A stretch of DNA of 63,936 nucleotides, the filler included, from an uncultured bacterium (GTDB taxonomy: Bacteria; DAOPZR01), in the NCBI GenBank assembly GCA_964637655.1. It is 6 parts of 6 records of this genome, joined end to end, with 100 filler letters (N's around TTAATTAATTAA, not from the genome) between each part and the next. Parts side by side here need not be neighbours in the genome. Positions count along the whole stretch, not along the records: positions 23,394 to 34,973 come from CAZWUZ010000109.1; positions 35,074 to 46,474 come from CAZWUZ010000111.1; 4 more parts are not named here. One strand, given 5' to 3'. Numbering within the stretch: position 1 is the first letter of the stretch; each line of letters opens with the position of its first letter. The notes below the pieces were generated by a model. That model saw only the letters and a list, made by a program, of their open reading frames with translations. It had not been told where the DNA came from and did no database searches. Of this stretch, positions 29,244 through 39,359 are shown in pieces. The position numbers were made by a program, and so were the translations under genes.

Positions 29244-30911
29244 TTACGCGAATTCGCCGCGCAGGAAACACTCGCGGATGGCGGCGCGGGCCAGCTTGCC
29301 GCTGGTCGATTTCTGCAGGGTGCCGGGCGCGGCCAGGGCGACGCGCGTCACCCGCGCGCCGACCGTGGCGGCGACCTCCTGCTTGATGGCGCGGATGAGC
29401 TCCCGGCAGCGTGCGGTGTCCGCCGCCTCGCGCAGTTCGGCGACCACGGCCAGTTCCTCGGTATCGAGGATGGTGTTGGTGCTGCCGATGCAGGCGACGC
29501 GGCCGGGCCTGATTCCCGCAAGATGCCCGACGACCGTCTCGATGTCGTGCGGATGATAGTTCTGCCCGCCGACGATGATGATGTCCTTGGTGCGCCCGGC
29601 GACGAACAGTTCGCCGTCGCGCAGGAAGCCCGTGTCGCCGGTATGATACCAGCCGTGGCGGATGGCTTTGGCGCTGGCGTCAGGCCGCCGGAAATACTCC
29701 TTGAGCAGGCAGGGTGAGCGGATGATGATCTCACCCACGCCGCCGTCGGGCAGGATGCGCCCGTGCGGCCCGGCGATGCGCACTTCGCAGCCGGCCAGCG
29801 CGCGCCCGGAACTGACGCAGTGCCGGGCGGGGGCGCCCGGTGCCGCCGGCACGGCCTCACCCGCGGCATACGCCTGCGGATCAACCGCGATGACGTGCGG
29901 GTACTGACCCGGCGGGGTCTGCGTGACCGCGAAGGTGTTTTCCGCCATGGCGTAGCAGGCGGACGCGGCCTCGCGGCGGAACCCGTGCGCGGCGAACCGC
30001 GCGGTGAACCGGGCCAGCGTCGCCTCGCTCACCGGTTCCGAACAGCTGATTGCCGCGCGCAGCGTGGCGAAGGCCTGCGCGGGCAGGTCCTCGTCGCGGA
30101 TCGTGCGGGTCATGACGTCATAGGCGAAATTGGGCAGCCAGCAGAGGGTGGCGCGGTAGCGCGCCACCATGCGCGGCAGCTCCACCGGGCGGCTGATCCA
30201 TTCGAAGGGTGACATCATGGAGAACGGGGTGCCGGTCATCAGCGGCAGCACACAGCAGGCGATGAGTCCCATGTCGTGGTAGAGCGGCAGCCAGCTGGCA
30301 ATGACGTCATGCTCGTCGAGGGCGATGGCCTCCGCATAGGCGCTGAGCTGCGCGAACATGGCGCGATGGGTCAACGCCACTCCCTTCTGCAGGCCCGTGG
30401 TGCCCGACGAATGCTGCAGCAGCACGATGTCGTCGGGACTCAGTGCGAGCGACGGGTCGGGCGCGGGTGACGGGTCGGGCGCCATGCTGTCGCTGGTGAG
30501 GATCGGGAAACTGACCGTGACCCCGTTCAGTCCCCCCGGCCCCGTGACAATGAGCGCGGGCGCGATGACCTTGGTCAGGTTGTCGATGACGTAGGTGTAG
30601 TATTCGGCGGTGATCTTCGCGCTGGGGATGGGGAGGATGGACGGGATGGCCCCGGCGAGGATGGCGCCCGCGAACGCATAGAGCAGCTCCGGGCCGTGGT
30701 CATGGATGATGAGGACGATGTCGCCCGCTCTGACCCCGGCTGCGCGGTAGGCGGCGCGGAACCCCGCGGCGTGGCGGAAGAAGCGGTGATAGGAAATCTC
30801 CGCGTAGTCGCCGTCGACGGCCTTGCAGTACAGGCAGCAGCCGTCCGGCTCCGCGTAGCGCTCCCACAGCCGTGCGGCGACCGTGGGGGGGAAATTACTT
30901 CGGCGCAGCAA
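29244..30911 (-). CDS. AMP-dependent ligase, fatty acyl-AMP ligase (FAAL)-like
   Basis: QHSSGTTGLQKGV, SWLPLYHDMGLI, YAMAE, TGDTG, KSTSGK; start must be TTG (30911 or 30932) overlapping ACP. Confidence 0.85.
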   Translation of the reverse strand: MLRRSNFPPTVAARLWERYAEPDGCCLYCKAVDGDYAEISYHRFFRHAAGFRAAYRAAGVRAGDIVLIIHDHGPELLYAFAGAILAGAIPSILPIPSAKITAEYYTYVIDNLTKVIAPALIVTGPGGLNGVTVSFPILTSDSMAPDPSPAPDPSLALSPDDIVLLQHSSGTTGLQKGVALTHRAMFAQLSAYAEAIALDEHDVIASWLPLYHDMGLIACCVLPLMTGTPFSMMSPFEWISRPVELPRMVARYRATLCWLPNFAYDVMTRTIRDEDLPAQAFATLRAAISCSEPVSEATLARFTARFAAHGFRREAASACYAMAENTFAVTQTPPGQYPHVIAVDPQAYAAGEAVPAAPGAPARHCVSSGRALAGCEVRIAGPHGRILPDGGVGEIIIRSPCLLKEYFRRPDASAKAIRHGWYHTGDTGFLRDGELFVAGRTKDIIIVGGQNYHPHDIETVVGHLAGIRPGRVACIGSTNTILDTEELAVVAELREAADTARCRELIRAIKQEVAATVGARVTRVALAAPGTLQKSTSGKLARAAIRECFLRGEFA

Positions 30912-31146
30912 GTTTCTGCACCAGTCCCGCAACGATGCGGCGGGGCGAACTGAACGACTCGACCGTGATGTCCGCGGACTGCAGTTTCACCTTGAAGCGG
31001 TCCTCGATCCACGCGACGAGCATGACCAGCGCCATGGAATCGACCAGCCCGCTGCCGAACAGGTCCTCGTCCGGGTCGAGTCCGGTCAGACTGTAATGCT
31101 CCGCAAAAAAGCGGTGTACTTCGCCGGTCAGCGCGGCTTCGTCCAT
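30895..31146 (-). CDS. Acyl carrier protein (DltC-like)
   Basis: LFGSGLVDSMALVMLVAWIEDRFKV phosphopantetheine site. Confidence 0.9.
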   Translation of the reverse strand: MDEAALTGEVHRFFAEHYSLTGLDPDEDLFGSGLVDSMALVMLVAWIEDRFKVKLQSADITVESFSSPRRIVAGLVQKLAAPK

Positions 31147-31252
31147 GGTTGTCCCCCGTGCGCACACCGGTAACACAGCGTGTGCACCACAATCAACGGG
31201 GATACTAACTTACTTCGCACGCGGTCGCAAGCGGCCGCGGCGACGGGCAGTG

Positions 31253-31281
31253 TTGACGGGGGACAGGCAGGGTGCTACGAT
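31253..31281 (+). promoter_or_regulatory. Sigma70 promoter
   Basis: TTGACG-17-TACGAT with extended TG. Confidence 0.55.
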
Positions 31282-31326
31282 GCAGTCGGGTACATGCTGC
31301 GGTATAGGGACGGGGGAGCGAACGGT

Positions 31327-32115
31327 GTGACGGACCATGGTCTGCGCAGATATCTCCGCATCACCGGAAAAGCGGCAGTCAACATGGCGGCAGTTGCCCT
31401 CTGCGTGCCGGCGGCGGCTTATGCACTACTGCTTCTCTGGATGGCCCTGTTTGACTACGATGAGTCACCGTACTGGTCACTGTCAATAGGGTTTACGGTT
31501 CTTGCTGCGGGCTATGTTGTCTTCAGGGGATTGTGCCGGCTGTGGGGTCTTGGCGACAGTCGGGGAACAGATGCGGCTGATTACCGAACGCCGACACCGG
31601 GGTCCTGCCGTACCGGCAAGGGAATTGTGCTGCACGGCACGGGGACAGTGCTCAGCGTGGCTACCGTAGTGTTCAGCTGTACGTTGGCGTTCAGAATCTT
31701 GTCGGAATGGTCCTTTACCCATGCGAATGATGATTGGGAAAGGATAAACGTCCTGGCGGTATTGCTGACGCAGCTGGTGGTGGCCGGCTATTGCGCTTAC
31801 GTTGTTTACGCCGGGTGGCGCACAGAGGAGTGCCGGAAGGCGAAGCGCCGGTATCTGTTTGTTGGTGCGGCCTTCATTCCGCTCCTGCTGTGTGAAATCA
31901 CGCCGTACGGCGATGGCTTTTTCTGCCCTGATCCGCAATTGTTCTATGCTTTGCCGCAACCACTTACCCTGATGCTTGGAACACTCGCGTTTATTCCCTG
32001 TTATCCGTTGCTGAACATTCCGTATCTGATCGCGACGTGGGTACTGCTCAAACGGATGTTTGCATTGACGCAAGGGAAGCCGGCGGAGCGTATGACAGGA
32101 GCAGTGACGAACTGA
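31327..32115 (+). CDS. Integral membrane protein, hypothetical
   Basis: About six TM helices; GTG start chosen downstream of promoter, start uncertain. Confidence 0.6.
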   Translation: MTDHGLRRYLRITGKAAVNMAAVALCVPAAAYALLLLWMALFDYDESPYWSLSIGFTVLAAGYVVFRGLCRLWGLGDSRGTDAADYRTPTPGSCRTGKGIVLHGTGTVLSVATVVFSCTLAFRILSEWSFTHANDDWERINVLAVLLTQLVVAGYCAYVVYAGWRTEECRKAKRRYLFVGAAFIPLLLCEITPYGDGFFCPDPQLFYALPQPLTLMLGTLAFIPCYPLLNIPYLIATWVLLKRMFALTQGKPAERMTGAVTN

Positions 32116-32168
32116 TGCCGGCGCAGCGGCGCACGGCTGGATGGTGAATAACATCGAGGAGGAGAACG

Positions 32169-33782
32169 ATGCGACAAGTACTGCTGGCGGTGATGCTGGT
32201 GCTGGGGGTGACGATGGTGGCGGCGGCGCAGGCGGCGGATGAGCTGATTGCCCAGCCGCAGGTGCGTGAGGTGTCGCTGTTCAAAAACGGGCTGGGATGG
32301 TTTGTGCAGCAGGGCACGCTGCGCGGCGACGGGGTGCTCAATATCACTGACGTGCCGGCGGCGGTGCACGGCAGTATCTGGCTCGGCTATGACCCGGCGC
32401 GGCTGACGGTGCGCGCGCTGACCGCGCGGCGGGCGACCTACGCCCGGACGCGGCCCGCGGTGACCATCCCCGAGATGCTGCGCGCCAATATCGGCAGAAC
32501 CGTGGAGATCTTCTTTGACGATACCAGCCGGCGCGGCGTGATCACCGCCATCCCGGAGGGTGAGCAACCGGTGGTGCAGCCGCAGTACCAGCGCGAATTC
32601 GGCTCGCGCATCATTCCGCCGTCAGGCGACATCATGCTCTTTACCGCGGACGGGCGCACTGAAGCGATTCGCCTGAACGAGGTGCAGCGCGTGGCGGGTG
32701 ATGCCACGCTGGTTACGTCACTGCCGTACGACGAGGAAAAACCGGTGCTGGAAGTGAGTTTCGCGGCGCGGCAGGCGGAAGCGTATACCCTGGCGTATCT
32801 CGCGCGCGGGGTGGCGTGGGCGCCCGCCTACCGCATCGACATCAGCAACGCCGACAAGGCAACGCTGCGCCTGCAGGGGACGTTCATCAACGAGGCGCAG
32901 GATCTGACCGATGTGACGGTCAACTTCATCAGCGGGTTTCCCAACCTGACGCAGACGGGGGTGATTTCACCGCTGGCGAATATAGAATCGCTCGACGCGT
33001 TCCTCAATTCGCTGGGCGGGGGGAGCGGCTACCGGCGGAATGAAAACCGGATGATGGCGCAGTCGGCAGTGTTCGCGAACGCCCCCGGTTTCTACGGCGG
33101 CGATGCCGTGCTCCCCGTGGCGGGCGACGGCGACTATGCCGGCGACCTGTTCTATTACCGCGTCCCGCATGTCACGCTGCAGAAGAACGAGCGCGCGGCA
33201 TTCGACCTGCTTTCCGACCGGGTCCCGTATGAGCACATCTACACCTGGCAGATTGCGCCGGGCGGGGCGCCGCAGGGGCGCTACCAGCGCAGCGAGACGA
33301 CGGAAAACGAGACGGTCTGGCACGAGATAAAGTTCACCAACACGTTCAGCCAGCCGCTGACGACGGGCCCGGCACTGGTGGTCGAGGGCGGGCGCATCCT
33401 CGGGCAGGATGTGCTCAACTACTGCGCGGCCGGCGGCGAGGGGCGGGTGAAGATCACCAAGGCGCTGGACATTCGCGCGGAGCAGGTGGAGACCGAACAG
33501 GCGCGGCAGCATGACGCGCGCACGTTCAACGGCAACCGCCACGACAAGGTGACGGTGGAGGGAACGCTGTCATTGCGCAATTTCAAGCGCGAGGCGGTGA
33601 CGGTCGAGATCAGCCGCACGGTGAGCGGCGAGTTTATCAGCAGCAGCACAACCTGCGCGGCGGTGAAGCGCGCGGAGGCGGTGCGCGCAGTCAATCCGAC
33701 CACCGACCTGAAATGGACGGTCACCATCCCGGCCGGAGGGAAACTCGACATTACCTACAGTTATGTCGTGTACGTGCGGTAA
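32169..33782 (+). CDS. Exported DUF4139/DUF4140-type protein
   Basis: Signal peptide, VSLFKNG, LAYLARGVAWAPAY, DLFYY, PLTTGPA. Confidence 0.75.
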   Translation: MRQVLLAVMLVLGVTMVAAAQAADELIAQPQVREVSLFKNGLGWFVQQGTLRGDGVLNITDVPAAVHGSIWLGYDPARLTVRALTARRATYARTRPAVTIPEMLRANIGRTVEIFFDDTSRRGVITAIPEGEQPVVQPQYQREFGSRIIPPSGDIMLFTADGRTEAIRLNEVQRVAGDATLVTSLPYDEEKPVLEVSFAARQAEAYTLAYLARGVAWAPAYRIDISNADKATLRLQGTFINEAQDLTDVTVNFISGFPNLTQTGVISPLANIESLDAFLNSLGGGSGYRRNENRMMAQSAVFANAPGFYGGDAVLPVAGDGDYAGDLFYYRVPHVTLQKNERAAFDLLSDRVPYEHIYTWQIAPGGAPQGRYQRSETTENETVWHEIKFTNTFSQPLTTGPALVVEGGRILGQDVLNYCAAGGEGRVKITKALDIRAEQVETEQARQHDARTFNGNRHDKVTVEGTLSLRNFKREAVTVEISRTVSGEFISSSTTCAAVKRAEAVRAVNPTTDLKWTVTIPAGGKLDITYSYVVYVR

Positions 33783-33791
33783 GCGGCGCTG

Positions 33792-34973
33792 ATGCCGACC
33801 CCGGCCGCGCATCTGCTCGGCGGCCTGCTGGCCGCACTGCAATTTCTCGCGGTGACGGGGCTCGGGGCGCTGCTGCTGCGCCGCTGCGACATAGCCGGGC
33901 GGCCGCTGCGTGTGCTCCTCTGGTCGGCGCTGTGCGGCACGGTGTTGCTTGGTCTGCTGGTGCTGGCCCTGGCGGCACTGCACCTGCTGACCCCGCTGTG
34001 GCTCGCGCTGCTCTGGCTGGCACTGCTGCCACTGGTGCCGGCGGGCTGGCGCACGGTACGGGCGGGACTGCGCCCGCGCGGTTTCGACTGGCTGGCGGTG
34101 CCCTGCCTGCTGCTGCTGGCGCTGCTGCTGGTTGCGGCGCTGACCCCGCCGGCGCAGTACGACAATCTCGTCTATCATCTGGCGGTGCCGGCATGGTACC
34201 TGCAGCAGGGGGGGCTGGCCCCGCTGCGCGACGCGCTGTACGGGCATTTTCCGCTGCTCGGCTCCTTTACCGCGCTGCCGCTCATCGCGCTGGCACCGGC
34301 AGCCGGCATCACCTTCTGGTTCTGCCTGCTCGGGCTGCTGTTCCCGCTGTCGCTGGAACTGCTGCTGGCCGGCAGCATGCCGCAGTGCTGGCGCTGGCTG
34401 CTGCGCTGGCTGCTGCTGACGGTCCCGCTGCTCCTCTACCTCCTGACCAATGTAGTGTACGACCTCGTACTGGCGGCCATGCTGCTGGCTGCTGTCGACC
34501 TGTGGCGGCGTCATGGCGGGCGCCGCGCGGTGCTCCCCTGCGGACTGCTTATCGGCGGGGCGCTGTCGCTGAAGTACACGTCGGCGCTCTACCTGCTGCC
34601 GCTCATCCCGCTGCTGCCCGGCACGCGGCCGCGCGCGTGGCGGTCGCTTGGTGCGGTGCTGCTGCTGGCGGGACTCGTGCTCTCACCGTGGCTGCTGCGC
34701 AACTGGCGTGACACCGGCTATCCGCTGGCACCGTTCGGCATGCCGCTGACCGCGGGCCTGCGCGGCTTCTACGCGGAGGTCAATCACCCGCGCGCCCTGC
34801 CTGAACTGCCCCGCTGGTGGCTGGAACTGTCGGCACTGCGGGCCGACCCGCTGACCGGATTCCTGCCGGCGGCGGCGCTGCTGCTGCTGCCGCTGGCGGC
34901 GGTGCGCGCGGCTCGACGGCGGCGCGCCGGTTGCGGCGCCAGGGTACGGCGCGCGAGTGGACTGCCCGCAGCA
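33792..34973 (+). CDS. GT-C-type membrane glycosyltransferase candidate, 3'-truncated
   Basis: YDNLVYHLAVP, G.ALSLKYT, SPWLLRNW..TGYPL.PF; polytopic. Confidence 0.65.
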
Positions 34974-35073
34974 NNNNNNNNNNNNNNNNNNNNNNNNNNN
35001 NNNNNNNNNNNNNNNNNTTAATTAATTAANNNNNNNNNNNNNNNNNNNNNNNNNNNNNNNNNNNNNNNNNNNN
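34974..35073. other. Artificial contig linker
   Basis: N-run, TTAATTAATTAA, N-run. Confidence 0.99.
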
Positions 35074-35100
35074 GGCGTTGAACGGTAGCAGGAGCGCATG

Positions 35101-35133
35101 AAAAGAGCGCGGCAGGGAAAAACCCTGCCGCGC
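35101..35133 (-). terminator. Intrinsic terminator
   Basis: 11-bp stem GCGCGGCAGGG/CCCTGCCGCGC followed by TCTTTT on minus strand, 14 nt after stop. Confidence 0.8.
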
Positions 35134-35147
35134 GATGGTGAACGGTA

Positions 35148-36611
35148 TTACTTGAGCAGGCCGGTGCGCTTGTTGAACTCGGTGATGGCCTCGTCGAGTT
35201 CATCCGTATGGGCGAACTTGTCGTCCCAGAACTCCGGATGCCAGAGCTCGTTGATTTCGTCGAACGTTTTGCCCTGCTGCTCGACCCACGTGTAATACTT
35301 CAGGTGGTGGAGCGCCTTGCGGTCGTAGAAGGAGAGTTCCTTCATGTAGTCCAGCCCGGCCCCGAGGATGTACTGCGCGTAGTCGGCGGCCGCCTGCGCG
35401 CGGCTGTACTTGCCGCTCTCTTTCGTCAGTTCCTTGAGCCGTGACTGATAAAGTTCGGCGGAATCGGTGAAGATGGTGAAGACAATATCGTTCTCGTCCA
35501 TCTCGTAGTACTTCGCCATTTTGATCGCCATGAGCAGGTTGGCGATGCTCGAGATGCCGAGCAGCGGCAGCTGACTGATGACCGATGCCGACACCTTGCG
35601 GCCGGCGAGAAACTTCTGCCCGTCCGGCTCGTTGAACAGGCGCAGCAGCGACATGGTGTGCTCATCGTCGATGGCGATGACCATGTCGGTATTGCGGACG
35701 TTGTGGATCCACGGCACATGCTTGTCGCCGATTCCCTCGATGCGGTGGCCGCCGAAGCCGTTGTTGCGCAGCGTCGGGCACTGCACGGCCTCACCCGCGG
35801 CGACCTTGACGGCCGGGGCGAGCGTGCGCAGGTAATCGCCGGCGGCGATGGTGCCGGCGGAACCGGTGGTTGAGCAGTAGCCGGCGATGCGTCCGCGCTT
35901 GCCGCCCACCTGCTCGAACACCTCGCGGATGGCGTTGCCGGTGACATGGTAGTGCCAGTTGGCGTTGCCGAATTCCGCGAACTGGTTGAAGATGACGATT
36001 TTGTCGCCGCGCGTGCGCGTCAGTTCATGGCACTTGTCGTAGATTTCCTTGACATTGCTCTCGCAGCCCGGGGTGGCGATGATCTCGCTGGTCTTGATGC
36101 TCTTGAGCCAGGTGAAGCGTTCCTTGCTCATCTCCTCGGGGAGGATGGCGATGGCGTCGCAGCCGAGCAGCGCGCAGTCGAACGCGCCGCCGCGGCAGTA
36201 GTTGCCGGTCGACGGCCAGACCGCTTTCTGCTGGCTCGGGTCGAACTGCCCCGTCACGAGGCGCGGGACGAGGCAGCCGAAGGCCGCGCCCACCTTGTGC
36301 GCCCCCGTCGGGAAATACTTACCGACGATACCGATGACGCGGGCGCGCACCCCGGTGATCTCGCGCGGGATCTCGACGAAATTGACCCCGCCGTAGGAAC
36401 CGCCCCTTGCGCGCGGTTCGTTTTTCCAGGTGATGCGGAACAGGTTGGTCGGGTTGATGTCCCACAGCCCGATCTTCGACAGGCGGGCGCGGATTTCCGC
36501 GGAGATGTTGCGCGGATCCATCTGCTGGGCGAACGTCGGGATGATGATGCCGCGTTCCCTGCAGCGCTGCACCGTCTTTGCCAGCACCTTCTCGTTGATC
36601 TTCAGAGCCAT
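35148..36611 (-). CDS. PLP-dependent enzyme, fold type II (Cys synthase/Trp synthase beta superfamily)
   Basis: FPTGAHKVGA (PLP lysine), PSTGNY, TGSAGT, HRIEGIG. Confidence 0.85.
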   Translation of the reverse strand: MALKINEKVLAKTVQRCRERGIIIPTFAQQMDPRNISAEIRARLSKIGLWDINPTNLFRITWKNEPRARGGSYGGVNFVEIPREITGVRARVIGIVGKYFPTGAHKVGAAFGCLVPRLVTGQFDPSQQKAVWPSTGNYCRGGAFDCALLGCDAIAILPEEMSKERFTWLKSIKTSEIIATPGCESNVKEIYDKCHELTRTRGDKIVIFNQFAEFGNANWHYHVTGNAIREVFEQVGGKRGRIAGYCSTTGSAGTIAAGDYLRTLAPAVKVAAGEAVQCPTLRNNGFGGHRIEGIGDKHVPWIHNVRNTDMVIAIDDEHTMSLLRLFNEPDGQKFLAGRKVSASVISQLPLLGISSIANLLMAIKMAKYYEMDENDIVFTIFTDSAELYQSRLKELTKESGKYSRAQAAADYAQYILGAGLDYMKELSFYDRKALHHLKYYTWVEQQGKTFDEINELWHPEFWDDKFAHTDELDEAITEFNKRTGLLK

Positions 36612-36671
36612 GACCGGCTTGCCTCCAGTGGCGTTATGCCGCGACGAGTGTATCCTGCCGCACCGAAATTG

Positions 36672-37811
36672 TCAATCGTCAATATGATTGATGAACTGCC
36701 GCAGCAGCGGGTTGATTGTGGGGTATTCCACCAGGAACGAATCGTGCCCCGAAGGGGTGTCGACATTGTGCCAAACCACGTCCTTGTAGAGCGCCTGCAG
36801 CACGCTATGCATGCGTCCTGAATGCGCCGGGGGGAAGAGCCAGTCACTGGTGAACGACATGAGCAGCACCTTCGCGCGGATGCGGGCAAAAGCGTTGGCC
36901 AGCGTCCCCCAGTCCTCCTCGAGGTCGTAGAGGTCCATGGCCCGCGTCAGGTAGAGATAGGAGTTGGCGTCGAAGCGGCGGATGAACTTGTCCCCCTGGT
37001 ACTGCAGGTAGTTTTCCACCTGAAACTTGCTCTTGAGGTGCAGTCGGGCGCCGTACTGGTCGACCATGCGCCGCCCGAATTTCTGCTGCATCTTTTCCTC
37101 GGAGAGATAGGTGATGTGGCCGATCATCCGCGCCAGCGCGAGCCCGTCACCCGGCCATTCCGCGTTCGGGTAGTAGTTGCCGTCGCAGAAGCAGGGGTCG
37201 TTGACGATGGCCGTGCGCCCGATTTCGTTGAAGGCAATCGCCTGCGGAGAGAGCCGCCAGGTCGTGGCAATGGGCATGATGCTGCGGCAGAGATACGGGT
37301 AGCGGATGGCCCATTCGAGCACCTGCATGCCGCCGAGCGAACCGCCCGCGATGCAGGCGAGCGAACGCACTCCGAGATGGCGCACCAGTGCCGCCTGCAC
37401 CTTGACCATATCGTGCACGGTGATGACCGGGAAGGCGAGCCCGTAGGGCTGCCCGGTCGCCGGGTTGAGCGAGGCGGGCCCGGTCGTCCCCATGCAGCCG
37501 CCAAGGCAGTTGCTGCAGATGACAAAGAAGCGGTCGGTGTCGAAGACCCGGCCCGGACCGATGGCCGGGTCCCACCAGCCGGGATTCTTGTCGCGCTCGC
37601 GGTGCCTGCCGGCGGCATGCGCGTCCCCCGTCAGCGCGTGGATGATGAGGATGGCATTGTCGCCCGCGGCATTGAGCGTTCCGTAGGTTTCATAGGCGAC
37701 GGTGACCGGGCCGAACGATCGCCCGCAACCCAACATGACTTCGTCAGGTGCCTGCGCGAATGTCCAGTAGTGCGTGCGCACCATTCCGACCGAACCGCCA
37801 GCTTCCGACAT
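36672..37811 (-). CDS. metX: Homoserine O-acetyltransferase family
   Basis: HALTGDAH, GGSLGG, RFDANSY, DWLFP, GHDSFL. Confidence 0.92.
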   Translation of the reverse strand: MSEAGGSVGMVRTHYWTFAQAPDEVMLGCGRSFGPVTVAYETYGTLNAAGDNAILIIHALTGDAHAAGRHRERDKNPGWWDPAIGPGRVFDTDRFFVICSNCLGGCMGTTGPASLNPATGQPYGLAFPVITVHDMVKVQAALVRHLGVRSLACIAGGSLGGMQVLEWAIRYPYLCRSIMPIATTWRLSPQAIAFNEIGRTAIVNDPCFCDGNYYPNAEWPGDGLALARMIGHITYLSEEKMQQKFGRRMVDQYGARLHLKSKFQVENYLQYQGDKFIRRFDANSYLYLTRAMDLYDLEEDWGTLANAFARIRAKVLLMSFTSDWLFPPAHSGRMHSVLQALYKDVVWHNVDTPSGHDSFLVEYPTINPLLRQFINHIDD

Positions 37812-37847
37812 GCGTCTCCCTTTCCGCCGCAAGGCCTGCAACGCGCA

Positions 37848-37875
37848 AGTATACACTATCCCCTGCCGCTGTCAA
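37848..37875 (-). promoter_or_regulatory. Sigma70 promoter of metX
   Basis: TTGACA-16-TATACT. Confidence 0.6.
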
Positions 37876-37925
37876 CGCTTACCCAGCGGTTGGTCGCATC
37901 CTCTGCCCTCCGTGGCGGATGCGAC

Positions 37926-39359
37926 ATGCACCGCCTGTGCACAGGAAGTGCACGTGCTGCCGCTGCCATGGATGGATTGGCGGCTGCCTCCTGCGGTTGC
38001 CGCCGACAGGCCGCGCGTGCTACACTCGGCACCCTGACCGGTGTTCCTGCAGTACGTTACGAACTGATTGATGCCGGCGGCGACCGTGCCAGCGTGCGCA
38101 GCACGCTGCCCGACGGGCGCAGCGTTATGCTGCATTCCACCCGCGACCCGCGCGCCGAAGGGGCGCGGCTTGCCGCCACCGTGCCCGCGACCGCGACCGT
38201 GCTCGTCGCCGGGCTCGGGCTCGGCTGGCATGTCGCCGCGCTGCAGGCGCAGCAGCCGCAGGCACACCTGTACGTTGTCGAACCGGACGCGGAACTGCTG
38301 GCGCTGGCGCGGCAGCATGGCCCGGCGCTCGCCGCTGACCGGCTGGCCCTGGTGACCGGCAGCGAGGAGGAGATTCTCGCGCGGCTGCAGCAGCTGACGC
38401 CGGTGCTGCTGGGCGGCGCACTGCTCCTGCACAATCCATCACTGCAGTTGTGGCGTACCCGCCTGCCGCGCCTGACCGGTCTGCTGGCGGCACAGCAGGT
38501 GCAACGCCAGACCGCCGCCCGCCTTGACACGGTCATGCCGGAAAACCTGCGGCACAACCGGGCCGGCGCGGTGCGCGACCCCGACTATACCGTGCTGCGC
38601 GACGTGCTGGCGGGCGGTGTGCCCGCGCTGGTGGCGGCGGGCCCGTCGCTCGACCGCGCGCGAGCGCTGCTGCATGCCTGCCGCGACCGCCTGCGTCTGG
38701 TGGCGGTCGATACCGCGCTCGCGGCGCTGGTCGACGACGGGCTTGAACCCGACCTGACCGTAGCTATCGACCCGTTTCCCGCCAATGCCCGGCACTTTAC
38801 CGCCATCGGCACGCGCGGGCTGCTGGCCTATGCCCCGACCGTGCACCATGCCATCCCGCCGCTCTTCCCCGCCCGCCGCCGCGCGGCCTTTGCCGCGGCA
38901 TCCCATCTCCGTGCCTACCCGGAACTCGCCGCGTGGTGGGGCGCGCGCCCGGTTATCGACGGGGGAAGCACTGTCGCGGTCGTGGCGCTCGAACTCATCC
39001 AGCGGCTCGCACCGCCCGGACCGCTACTGCTGATCGGCAGCGATTTCGGGTTTCCCGGCGGCAGCGTCTACGCGCGCGGCACGCGTTTCCAGCGCGAGGC
39101 GGCGCAACAGGCGGGACGCTTCGCCACGGTGGAAACCGCCAACCTGCACGCCATCCGCCGTCACGAAGTCATCACCGGCACTGACCTCGCCGGCGGCACG
39201 GTGCTGACCCATGCGAATTACTTTTCCTTCCGGCAGGAATGCGAGGCGCGGCTTGCCCGCGCCCCGCACTTCCGCTATATTCAGCTGGCGGGGGGCGGAC
39301 TGGCGATGCAGGGGACCGAACCGATGACTGACGCGCAGCTGCGCGCGCTGCTGCTGTGA
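37926..39359 (+). CDS. Maf/DUF115 (MptE-like) glycosyltransferase family protein
   Basis: LHSTRDPRAE, GLGLGWH, AAGPSL, AVDTAL, GGSTVA, LIGSDFGF; start uncertain. Confidence 0.8.
   Translation: MHRLCTGSARAAAAMDGLAAASCGCRRQAARATLGTLTGVPAVRYELIDAGGDRASVRSTLPDGRSVMLHSTRDPRAEGARLAATVPATATVLVAGLGLGWHVAALQAQQPQAHLYVVEPDAELLALARQHGPALAADRLALVTGSEEEILARLQQLTPVLLGGALLLHNPSLQLWRTRLPRLTGLLAAQQVQRQTAARLDTVMPENLRHNRAGAVRDPDYTVLRDVLAGGVPALVAAGPSLDRARALLHACRDRLRLVAVDTALAALVDDGLEPDLTVAIDPFPANARHFTAIGTRGLLAYAPTVHHAIPPLFPARRRAAFAAASHLRAYPELAAWWGARPVIDGGSTVAVVALELIQRLAPPGPLLLIGSDFGFPGGSVYARGTRFQREAAQQAGRFATVETANLHAIRRHEVITGTDLAGGTVLTHANYFSFRQECEARLARAPHFRYIQLAGGGLAMQGTEPMTDAQLRALLL

Noticed and set aside
37837-37853. 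Fourth TGCAACG...GTATA copy
   Set aside because: Spacer is 5 nt rather than 17, and GTATA belongs to the metX -10 on the other strand
37812-37925. SAM riboswitch upstream of metX
   Set aside because: Leader after the predicted promoter is only about 30 nt and has no S-box core
36822-39359. 845-aa ORF
   Set aside because: The 5' part is the antisense shadow of metX; only the Maf-like 3' part is credible
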